DNA of 64,000 nt. Origin: an uncultured bacterium. GTDB taxonomy: Bacteria; Krumholzibacteriota; Krumholzibacteriia; Krumholzibacteriales; Krumholzibacteriaceae. The stretch covers positions 11,594 through 75,593 of the forward strand of contig CBDUYR010000004.1 of the NCBI GenBank assembly GCA_965371515.1, written 5' to 3'. The notes under the pieces are model-generated. The model saw only the letters and a list, made by a program, of their open reading frames with translations. It was not told the origin of the DNA and did not search any database. Made by a program: the position numbers and the translations under genes. Of this stretch, positions 39,280 to 46,705 are shown in pieces; position 1 is the stretch's first letter; each line of letters starts with the position of its first letter.

Positions 39280-39858
39280 CTATGAGAGGTTGCGGAGGAC
39301 TCCCTTCGCGACCGCCTTCAGCGTGTCGAACACGCCTATGCCGTTTACGGCAACGGCCTCGAACGCGGGGAAGTGCTTGGGATTGAGCTCCTCCTCGAGA
39401 TCGGGCACCGCGATCAGGTCGGGAAGATCCCTCTTGTTGTACTGGATCGCGTAGGGAAGCTCGTTGAGCTTGAGACCGTACTCGCCGAGGTTCTCGTGGA
39501 GGTTGTAAAGGCTCTCGATATTCGCGTCATACCTGCTCGTCTGGGAGTCGGCTACGAAGACTACGCCGTCCGTTCCGCGGAGGATCAGTTTTCGCGACGC
39601 ATCGTAGTATACCTGTCCCGGTACAGTATAGAGGTGGAACCTCGTCTTGAACCCCTTGACAGTTCCCAGCTCCAGCGGAAGGAAATCGAAGAAGAGGGTC
39701 CTGTCCATCTCTGTGGCAAGCGTGATCAGCTTGCCCTTCGTATCCGGAGACACCTTGTCGTAGATGTACTGTATATTGGTCGTCTTTCCACACAGGCCGG
39801 GCCCGTAGTAGACGATCTTTACGTTGATCTCACGCGAGGAGTAATTTATCAGCGACAA
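39280..39858 (-). CDS. mglA: Ras-like GTPase MglA
   Basis: 192 aa. INVKIVYYGPGLCGKTTN P-loop, RTLFFDFLP, LYTVPGQVYY, and NKRDL, matching the MglA family. Confidence 0.9.
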   Translation of the reverse strand: MSLINYSSREINVKIVYYGPGLCGKTTNIQYIYDKVSPDTKGKLITLATEMDRTLFFDFLPLELGTVKGFKTRFHLYTVPGQVYYDASRKLILRGTDGVVFVADSQTSRYDANIESLYNLHENLGEYGLKLNELPYAIQYNKRDLPDLIAVPDLEEELNPKHFPAFEAVAVNGIGVFDTLKAVAKGVLRNLS

Positions 39859-39875
39859 CTCTGTCCCCTCCCCTT

Positions 39876-40376
39876 TCAGTCTGAGAACAGACTGTCTATC
39901 TCCATCTCGGCCTCGGCGGTAAACTCCTCGCCGAGCTCCTCGTGGTATTCCTCATTCTCGTACTCGAGCTTGTCGTAGAGACCCTTGATTACTGTGGCGA
40001 GGTTCTCGACCGCCTTCTTCGTCCTTAGTCTCACCAGACCGAGCGTGGTCTTCTTATCGAACAGGATAACCAGTATGATATCCTTCTCTACCCTCGCGAG
40101 ATACATGCTCTCGTTACTCCCCTGATGGTAGAGTGTCGAGAAATCCTTCTCTCCGATCAGCTTGGCCAGCTGTGCGTTCGCCTCGAAATCGGCCGCGCAG
40201 AGAGACGCGAAGCTGTACATGTCGAACCTCGGTTCATCGCCCACGCTCGAGATCAGCTGACCAGTCTTGTCGAGCAGGATCACGCTGGTGGCATTCGAGT
40301 TCTTCAGCAATTCCTGGAGCGTCGTGCTGATCGCCCAGTAATCCTCTTCGAAAACTTTCCAGTTCGTTCTGACCAT
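39876..40376 (-). CDS. mglB: Roadblock/LC7 domain protein MglB (MglA GAP)
   Basis: 166 aa. Roadblock fold pattern (ATSVILLDKTGQLISSVG...) with an acidic C-terminal tail, directly upstream of mglA. Confidence 0.85.
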   Translation of the reverse strand: MVRTNWKVFEEDYWAISTTLQELLKNSNATSVILLDKTGQLISSVGDEPRFDMYSFASLCAADFEANAQLAKLIGEKDFSTLYHQGSNESMYLARVEKDIILVILFDKKTTLGLVRLRTKKAVENLATVIKGLYDKLEYENEEYHEELGEEFTAEAEMEIDSLFSD

Positions 40377-40427
40377 TCTGCTATCTCTTTCCCTTGCCCG
40401 AGATCAATCGACCTGTTGTCGACCTTG

Positions 40428-41030
40428 TCAGTCGACCTCTTCGCGCCCATCGAGGGCCCTGCCTATCGTTCCCCTGTCAACGAACTCGAGGGAACAACCG
40501 AGGGGAAGTCCCCTTGCCGGCCTCGTCACCTTCACATCGCTTTCCCTGAACATTCGTGCGATGTAGAGGGTCGTCGTATCTCCCTCGACGCTCGGATTTG
40601 TCGCTATGATGAGTTCCGTTATCTCTTCCTTTTTCACACGCTCCTTCAGGGCCGTCAGGTTCAGCTGCTCTGGTCCCACTCCATCAAGTGGTGAAAGAAC
40701 TCCGTGTAGAACATGGTAGCGGCCCCTGAAATGACCCGATCTTTCGAGAACGTAAAGATCGGCGGGCCGTTCAACAACGCATAACATGCCTTCGGCTCTT
40801 CCCGGGTCTCTGCAGATCGGACAGACATCGCCTTCAGCGAGGTTTCCACATCTTTTGCAATATCCGGTTTCTTCCCTGACTCTCCTGAGCGCTTCGGCAA
40901 AACCCCTGACCTCCCCCTCGTCCATGTCGAGGATGGCAAATGCCAGTCTGCGCGCCGTCTTCTCCCCCACTCCAGGCAGTTTCCTGAAATGATCTATCAG
41001 TTCCTGAAGCAGCGGAAGACCCTGATCCAT
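40428..41030 (-). CDS. recR: recombination protein RecR
   Basis: 200 aa. HhH motif LPGVGEKTARRLAF, the C4 zinc finger CKRCGNL...CPIC, and a Toprim domain. Confidence 0.95.
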   Translation of the reverse strand: MDQGLPLLQELIDHFRKLPGVGEKTARRLAFAILDMDEGEVRGFAEALRRVREETGYCKRCGNLAEGDVCPICRDPGRAEGMLCVVERPADLYVLERSGHFRGRYHVLHGVLSPLDGVGPEQLNLTALKERVKKEEITELIIATNPSVEGDTTTLYIARMFRESDVKVTRPARGLPLGCSLEFVDRGTIGRALDGREEVD

Positions 41031-41129
41031 TGCTTTCTCCTTGGGTTTAGCAAGAATCTTGCCTTGTTTCGAATCACGATCGGAAAAGATAAGCCGCGAA
41101 AAAGAATGATGTTCCCTGCGGCGGAAGGT

Positions 41130-41441
41130 CTAGAACATTCCGGGCAGGGGCATTCCACCGGTGATCGAGCTCATCTCGTCCCTGACCATCTCTTCGACAC
41201 GGTTAGCCGCCTCTGTAACCGCAGCGGCGACAAGGTCTTCAAGCATTTCTACATCCTGCGGATCAACGACTTCCGGATCTATCGACACGGAGACGACCTC
41301 GTGTCTGCCGTTCATCACGACCTTGACCATTCCACCGCCGGCGGAGGCCTCGACGCTCTTTTCAGCCAGTTCGGCCTGCATCTGGGCCATTTTCGCCTGC
41401 ATCTGCTGCGCCTGCTTGAGAAGCTTTCCTATGTCCTTCAT
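41130..41441 (-). CDS. ybaB: YbaB/EbfC nucleoid-associated protein
   Basis: 103 aa. MKDIGKLLKQAQQMQAKMAQMQAEL...GGGMVKVVMNG pattern. Confidence 0.93.
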   Translation of the reverse strand: MKDIGKLLKQAQQMQAKMAQMQAELAEKSVEASAGGGMVKVVMNGRHEVVSVSIDPEVVDPQDVEMLEDLVAAAVTEAANRVEEMVRDEMSSITGGMPLPGMF

Positions 41442-41500
41442 CCGATTCTCCCTGTGTCCTGTGATCCGTCAAGTATCTGCAATACTGAGTACCGGAGCCT

Positions 41501-43297
41501 TCAGTCCAGGAGCTCCGCGTCCAATCCGTCCATAATGCGTATCAGCGTGGGATTATCCACCTTTGCAGCGCTGGACCTCTTTATCGATCCGCTGCCGGTA
41601 TTTTTTGTGGATGTCTTTTCCGGAGACTGCGGTTCTTTCCCTGCGACAGATCCTTTTGCGCTGCTTCCATCGGGTTTCGTCCGAGCCTCTATCTCCATCC
41701 TGGCCTGGCGGTCGCTCCTGGCACCACCCTTCAGATCAACCGTCTCACAGGTCTCCACGGTAAATTTTCTGCCATAGAACTTCTCGAGATGGCTCTCGAT
41801 CAACCGCCTGTTCTTCATCTCTCTTATCATCTGCATCGCGAACCTGTTCTGCGGTGTAAACGAAAGGATCAGGCTGCCGTCCTCGACGCCGGCGACGTCG
41901 GCCGTCATCAGCCATATTCCGAGAGTCAGCTTCGCTTCCCTGATCTTCGCGAGAAATCGCTCCCACTCCTCCTTGCCGCCGAGAGCATCAAGGAGGGGAT
42001 TCTCCTTCACGGGGATCTCTGGAATCCCGGGAGTCCCGGGCATGGCGGCCTTCTCCATACTCGCGGACGATACAGCCGGGCCGGCAGGATCTGCCGGCGG
42101 GGACGATCCCGCTGAACCGGATATTTTCGACGTTCCAGCAGTCCCGCCTTCCACAGCGCCACCCGCTCCTGACTCGAGCCTGCCGATCAGTTCGCCTATC
42201 TCCACTGCCGATTCCCAGGAAGCAGCCTCGGCTACCGCCGCTTCCATATGGTATCGTGGCTGGCTCGAACCTTTCAGTTCGCGGTGCGCCCTGGACATCG
42301 AACGGAAGATGAAAAGGAGATCCTCGACCTTGAATCTCACGGAGATCGCCGACAACTCCTCGATCTCGCCTGATGTCAGGTCGAGCCAGTCGGTCCTCCC
42401 GCCTGATACGGAGATCACGAGGAGATTACGTATCCCTTCGAGGAAAGCGAGAAAGAACTCCTCGAGATCCATTCCGGAGGCTGCCACACCGTCCACAACC
42501 GACAGCGCTCTCTCCCTGTCGCGCCGGCTCACCGCGTCGAGCAGACTGGAGATGATCTGCGAATCGACCAGACCGAGTACATTCCGGACAGTCTCGATGT
42601 CTATTTTCCCATCGGCGGCCGAGATGCATTGGTCCAGCAGGGATTCGGCATCGCGCATCGAGCCGTCGGCCCTGCGGCATATCAGTGTCAGTGCTTCAGC
42701 GTCGTATTCGATCTTTTCGGCTTCACATATCCTGCTGAGCTGTCCCGAGAGTTCGGCCAGTTCGAGCCGCTTGAAATTGAATCTCTGGCAGCGTGACAGA
42801 ATCGTCGCCGGGATCTTGTGTGGCTCTGTCGTAGCGAATATCAGGTAGACATGTCCCGGGGGCTCTTCGAGTGTCTTGAGCAGGGCATTGAATGCCTGCT
42901 GTGTGAGCATGTGGACCTCGTCTATGATGTAGATCTTCGAACCGGACTGCGAGGGTGCGTACCCTATCTTCTCCCTCAGGTCCCTGATCTCGTCGATACC
43001 CCTGTTGGAGGCGCCGTCGATCTCTATCATGTCGAGGTGTGTCCCGCCGTTTACCGCCACGCAGGAGGAGCATCTGTTGCATGGCTCACCGCCCTGCGGA
43101 TCCTCGCAGTTGATGATTTTCGCGAGCAATCGCGCCGTCGTGGTCTTGCCGCATCCGCGCGGGCCCGAGAAGAGGTATGCGTGCGCTAGCCTGCCCTTCT
43201 CGAAGGCCTTCTGGAGGGTGGAGGTCACGTGCTCCTGTCCGACTACCTCGGCAAATGTACCGGGTCTCCATTTTCTGGCAAGTACGAGATAAGACAT
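41501..43297 (-). CDS. dnaX: DNA polymerase III subunit gamma/tau
   Basis: 598 aa. LARKWRPGTFAEVVGQEH, GPRGCGKTT, the zinc module C..C..C, IIDEVHML, and SRC (TILSRCQRF). Confidence 0.95.
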   Translation of the reverse strand: MSYLVLARKWRPGTFAEVVGQEHVTSTLQKAFEKGRLAHAYLFSGPRGCGKTTTARLLAKIINCEDPQGGEPCNRCSSCVAVNGGTHLDMIEIDGASNRGIDEIRDLREKIGYAPSQSGSKIYIIDEVHMLTQQAFNALLKTLEEPPGHVYLIFATTEPHKIPATILSRCQRFNFKRLELAELSGQLSRICEAEKIEYDAEALTLICRRADGSMRDAESLLDQCISAADGKIDIETVRNVLGLVDSQIISSLLDAVSRRDRERALSVVDGVAASGMDLEEFFLAFLEGIRNLLVISVSGGRTDWLDLTSGEIEELSAISVRFKVEDLLFIFRSMSRAHRELKGSSQPRYHMEAAVAEAASWESAVEIGELIGRLESGAGGAVEGGTAGTSKISGSAGSSPPADPAGPAVSSASMEKAAMPGTPGIPEIPVKENPLLDALGGKEEWERFLAKIREAKLTLGIWLMTADVAGVEDGSLILSFTPQNRFAMQMIREMKNRRLIESHLEKFYGRKFTVETCETVDLKGGARSDRQARMEIEARTKPDGSSAKGSVAGKEPQSPEKTSTKNTGSGSIKRSSAAKVDNPTLIRIMDGLDAELLD

Positions 43298-43327
43298 ACG
43301 TTCAGTCCCCCGGTGAGAAAGGTCAGG

Positions 43328-43600
43328 AGACCGTGCACCCGGCTTCGAAAGGCGTCCCCGGCTCTTGCGGCAGGGTTAGCTCCTGTCAGGATATGCCGCG
43401 GCACATAAGAATGTCTGCGTACCGCTGCTACCTTCCGGTCCTGACGGGGTTTGCAGGTTCTCATTGCGCGGGTCCTGGCACTCAACACCACTTCCCGCCG
43501 CCGATCGCTCGGAGACAACACTCCCTCAACCGGGAATTCGGCCCCGCTATAGCGGATTGCGGGTGCAGGGCACCGCTACCTCCCCGCCTAGCACGATCTC
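43328..43600 (-). ncRNA. ffs: signal recognition particle RNA, long (Bacillus-type, with Alu domain)
   Basis: The minus strand reads UCGUGCUAGGCGGGGAGGUAGCGGUGCCCUGCACCCGCAAUCCGCUAUAGCGGGGCCGAAUUCCC...GUCAGGACCGGAAGGUAGCAGCGGUA...AUGUGCCGCGG...GAGCUAACCCUGC...GGUGCACGG. This is collinear with B. subtilis scRNA as I remember it, including the helix-8 GGAA/AGCAGC motif and the 5'/3' closing helix. It also occupies the same position, upstream of dnaX. The ends are approximate (+/- 5 nt). Confidence 0.88.
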
Positions 43601-43608
43601 TAAAAATA

Positions 43609-43684
43609 TGGTGGAGATGATCGGACTCGAACCGACGACCCCCTCGTTGCGAACGAGGTGCTCTCCCAGCTGAGCTACATCCCC
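43609..43684 (-). tRNA. tRNA-Ala (CGC)
   Basis: Cloverleaf: GGGGAUG acceptor with the G3:U70 identity pair, anticodon loop UUCGCAA, T-loop GGUUCGAGUCC, and an encoded CCA. Confidence 0.92.
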
Positions 43685-43737
43685 ACTCTTTATCATCAAC
43701 GCCGACTCGCTTCGCCGCGGCCCGGCAGTCTCACCAA

Positions 43738-43827
43738 TGGCGGAGAGAGAGGGATTCGAACCCTCGGAGCGGAAACCCGCTCAACGGTTTTCGAGACCGT
43801 CCCGTTCAACCACTCCGGCATCTCTCC
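43738..43827 (-). tRNA. tRNA-Ser (CGA)
   Basis: Type II tRNA: GGAGAGA acceptor, anticodon stem ACGGU/ACCGU with loop CUCGAAA, long variable arm, and an encoded CCA. Confidence 0.9.
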
Positions 43828-43912
43828 GTCGGATACTATATATAATCGGTGCCGATATATCAATAGCGGAGAATGCCCGGGAAAAGGAGAATATGCAGGC
43901 TGGATATAATAA

Positions 43913-44003
43913 TGGCGGAGAGAGAGGGATTCGAACCCTCGGAGGAGTTACCCCCTCACACGATTTCCAATCGTGCCGATTAAGCCAGCTCTCGCATCTC
44001 TCC
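43913..44003 (-). tRNA. tRNA-Ser (GGA)
   Basis: Type II tRNA: GGAGAGA acceptor, anticodon stem CACGA/UCGUG with loop UUGGAAA, long variable arm, and an encoded CCA. Its 3' 31 nt are identical to tRNA-Ser(CGA). Confidence 0.9.
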
Positions 44004-44019
44004 GCGTCTGTCAGTCGAT

Positions 44020-44517
44020 TCAGTCTTCACGTAATCTAGTAAAAAACTCCCTGAGAAGCAAAAGGCATTCTTCCTCCAGCACCCCGCCCTTGACGATGAG
44101 CCTGTGGCCGTAGAGATCGGCATGGTGCAGGTCCCCGATCGATCCGCATGCCCCGCTTCTCGGCTGCCTCGCCCCGTACACGACACGCTCCGCCCTGGCG
44201 AGATAGAGGGCTCCGAGGCACATGTGGCAGGGCTCCGAGGTCACATAGATGGTACAGCCATCGAGCCTCCAGTCGCCCGTCCTCTCCGAAGCGCTGTCTA
44301 TCGCAATGATCTCGGCATGGGCCGTCGCCGTTTTCCTCGTCTCGACCTCATTGCGCCCGCGCCCGATGATATCATCGCCGCGGACCACTACGGCACCAAC
44401 GGGGACCTCGCCGCCCTCCAGGGCCAGCGAAGCCTCGGCAAGAGCCTCTCTCATCCATTTCTCGTCCATTGGATCTATCATCCACCGTGCAGATCGTCCG
44501 TTACATGGTTCCGTCAC
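44020..44517 (-). CDS. tadA: tRNA adenosine(34) deaminase
   Basis: 165 aa. CDA zinc motifs HAEIIAI and PCHMCLGAL. Confidence 0.92.
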   Translation of the reverse strand: MTEPCNGRSARWMIDPMDEKWMREALAEASLALEGGEVPVGAVVVRGDDIIGRGRNEVETRKTATAHAEIIAIDSASERTGDWRLDGCTIYVTSEPCHMCLGALYLARAERVVYGARQPRSGACGSIGDLHHADLYGHRLIVKGGVLEEECLLLLREFFTRLRED

Positions 44518-45248
44518 AGCGACGGAGAATCGAATCTTTCGGGTATCGCTCCGATGAGCGCCTCGAGGACCAGTACCGCCACATCGTCGAACGGAGGAGC
44601 GGCGTAGATGTCACCGCCCGATATCGATGTCCCCGATATCCTCCTGTCGATGCCGGCGGTTGAAGATTGGACCCGGTCCCCTTCGCTACGCACCGATTCC
44701 TTGTAATTTTCGTCTGTGGCTTCCCAGAGGACCATTCCGTTGTCGGGATCGATCAGGCTCAGCGTCATGCCGACCTGGGTAACCGAGGCTGCGCTCGCTT
44801 CGCGGTAGTCCACTTCGTCCTTGTGCCAAAGGTAGACGACAGATACCAGCATCAGGTCGACGTTCAGTTCCGATTTAACTGCCCTGCACAGATCCAGGTC
44901 CACTACGTGGTCGCGGCTCCACTTGTTCTTGAATTCATCGAGCCTGTCTCCAAAATCGGTTTTCGCAATGACCATCCTGAACTGCTCGGGTGAAAGGAAC
45001 TTGTAATCGTATCTCTCGGAAACGAACTCCCAGATGATCCTGTTGGGGATCCTTTCCGATTGACGTTTCGGGTCCTCGCCCTTTGTTATCATGCTTATCG
45101 CCGGTAGAACCAGGATCGTCGCGTGCTCTCCCGGATTGAAATCGGGTTCGACCGTGATGCTCGCCGGGTGCTGCGATTTACACCCGATCAGCCCGAAAAC
45201 AGCGACAGCGATCAATAAAACTGCTGCTTTTCTCATCATTCTCTCCAT
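44514..45248 (-). CDS. hypothetical lipoprotein
   Basis: 244 aa. Signal peptide plus lipobox (FGLIGC). 4-nt overlap with tadA. No family recognised with confidence. Confidence 0.6.
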   Translation of the reverse strand: MERMMRKAAVLLIAVAVFGLIGCKSQHPASITVEPDFNPGEHATILVLPAISMITKGEDPKRQSERIPNRIIWEFVSERYDYKFLSPEQFRMVIAKTDFGDRLDEFKNKWSRDHVVDLDLCRAVKSELNVDLMLVSVVYLWHKDEVDYREASAASVTQVGMTLSLIDPDNGMVLWEATDENYKESVRSEGDRVQSSTAGIDRRISGTSISGGDIYAAPPFDDVAVLVLEALIGAIPERFDSPSL

Positions 45249-45398
45249 TATTCAATCAAAGGACTCCATGATTTTATTAAGAGTATCAACGGGTTGAGCG
45301 CGGTGTCAATCCGTATCGAAAGTGTACTGTAATGTAATTCTCAGTTATTTCCCCGGAAGAGTGCCTCTAAACCCTTCTATCCCATCGCCGGAATTCTG

Positions 45399-45407
45399 TG
45401 GTATAAT
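45399..45407 (+). promoter_or_regulatory. candidate extended -10 promoter (TGgTATAAT) for the HNH gene
   Basis: A perfect TATAAT at 45402-45407 is preceded by TG one base upstream. It lies about 40 nt before the ATG at 45446. No convincing -35 element. Confidence 0.45.
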
Positions 45408-45445
45408 GACCGTGCGTGATGGGGATGATTATGGGAGGTGGGAGA

Positions 45446-46597
45446 ATGAATGAATCAATCCGGCTCGATTCCCTGAGCACTATTTCCGACAACAGGCTGG
45501 TCCGGCAGATCGAATCTCTCCGGGGCAAGGAACGAAAGGTCCTCGCGGGAGTCCTTCGCCACCTTATCGAAATCGAGCGCAGAAGACTCTATCTGCCGAG
45601 GGGCTACTCCTCGCTCTTCGAGTTCTGCACTCAGCATCTGAAATACTCCAGGTCCGCAGCGGGACGGAGGATCGCCGCCGTGCGAGCACTCGCAAAGTTC
45701 CCTTCTCTCGAAGGATATATCCTGAAAGGAGAGATCAATCTTTATGCCCTTTCGCTCATATCCGGGATCCTGACCGAAGATAACTTTGCCCAGGTAATCT
45801 CAGGGATCAGAAACAGGTCGACCCGTGCCGTCGAAGCCCTGGTCGCAGGGTACAGGCCCGGCAGGAATTTCCGGGACCGGGTGAGGCCGGTATGTGTCAT
45901 GGTACCGGAACCCGGCAATAAGATGGAAAACAGAAACGGAGGACAAAATACCGAAAGAGCATCAGGCGGAAGTCCAGGTGGGTCCGGCAGTCCGGTCAAT
46001 ACCAGTTCTGCTCCCGGCGCCGGGAGTGAAAAATTCCCCGATGCCGCAGCGAAAAGGCCCGGAGGGGATACTCTCGAGCGTGTGAGGATCAGCAGAAAGT
46101 ACAAGTTCGAGTTCGCCGTGGATACCGAGTTCATGAAGAAATTCAATCGCATGAAGGCCCTGCTCTCCGGCACATATCCGGAAGGAATCAGCTTCGAAAA
46201 CCTCTTCATGCTGCTGATGGACGAATACATCGACCGGCACACACCTGAAGGCAGGGCTGCCAGGAGAGAAAGGCGCCAGGCGTCCAAATCCCTGAGGAAT
46301 TCCGGATCGTCTGAGATCAGCAGTAAACCCGTCACGGGAAACAGGACACGCAGCATTCCGAGGAAGGTCCGGGACGAGGTCTTTCTGCGGGACGGGGGCA
46401 AATGTACCTTCAAAGGCACGAACGGTCGACGATGTAATTCTACATGGAACCTGCAGATAGATCATATCGTCCCGTTCGCAAGGGGTGGAGATAACTCCCA
46501 GGGAAACCTGAGGCTTCTGTGCGGGAAACACAATCGCCTCGAGGCCGAACGCGTCTACGGCAGTCCGCACATGGAGAGATTCAAAAAGAAAGAGTGA
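45446..46597 (+). CDS. HNH endonuclease domain protein (DUF222-like N-terminal region)
   Basis: C-terminal HNH motif (RDGGKCTF...CNSTWNLQIDHIVPFARGGDNSQGNLRLLCGKHNRLEA). I prefer the start at ATG 45446 (MNESIRL...) behind GGGAGGTGGGAG; the ORF-track GTG at 45416 would lie at or near the predicted transcription start. Confidence 0.8.
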   Translation: MNESIRLDSLSTISDNRLVRQIESLRGKERKVLAGVLRHLIEIERRRLYLPRGYSSLFEFCTQHLKYSRSAAGRRIAAVRALAKFPSLEGYILKGEINLYALSLISGILTEDNFAQVISGIRNRSTRAVEALVAGYRPGRNFRDRVRPVCVMVPEPGNKMENRNGGQNTERASGGSPGGSGSPVNTSSAPGAGSEKFPDAAAKRPGGDTLERVRISRKYKFEFAVDTEFMKKFNRMKALLSGTYPEGISFENLFMLLMDEYIDRHTPEGRAARRERRQASKSLRNSGSSEISSKPVTGNRTRSIPRKVRDEVFLRDGGKCTFKGTNGRRCNSTWNLQIDHIVPFARGGDNSQGNLRLLCGKHNRLEAERVYGSPHMERFKKKE

Positions 46598-46623
46598 ATC
46601 AATTATTAATATAAATTACTTAC

Positions 46624-46652
46624 TTGAATTATCATTTATCATGTTCTAGCAT
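46624..46652 (+). promoter_or_regulatory. candidate sigma70-type promoter for the cytochrome gene
   Basis: TTGAAT, 17 nt, TAGCAT within the AT-rich spacer 46598-46705. GGAGG lies 7 nt before the ATG at 46706. Confidence 0.3.
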
Positions 46653-46705
46653 CTGTAGAAGCCCCGCCGGATCTATCACGCTGCCCTATACGCTGGAGGT
46701 CTCAG

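Noticed and set aside
43177-43673. ORFs of 147, 92 and 69 aa between dnaX and the tRNA genes.
   Set aside because: The interval is occupied by the long SRP RNA and tRNA-Ala, which leaves no coding signal.
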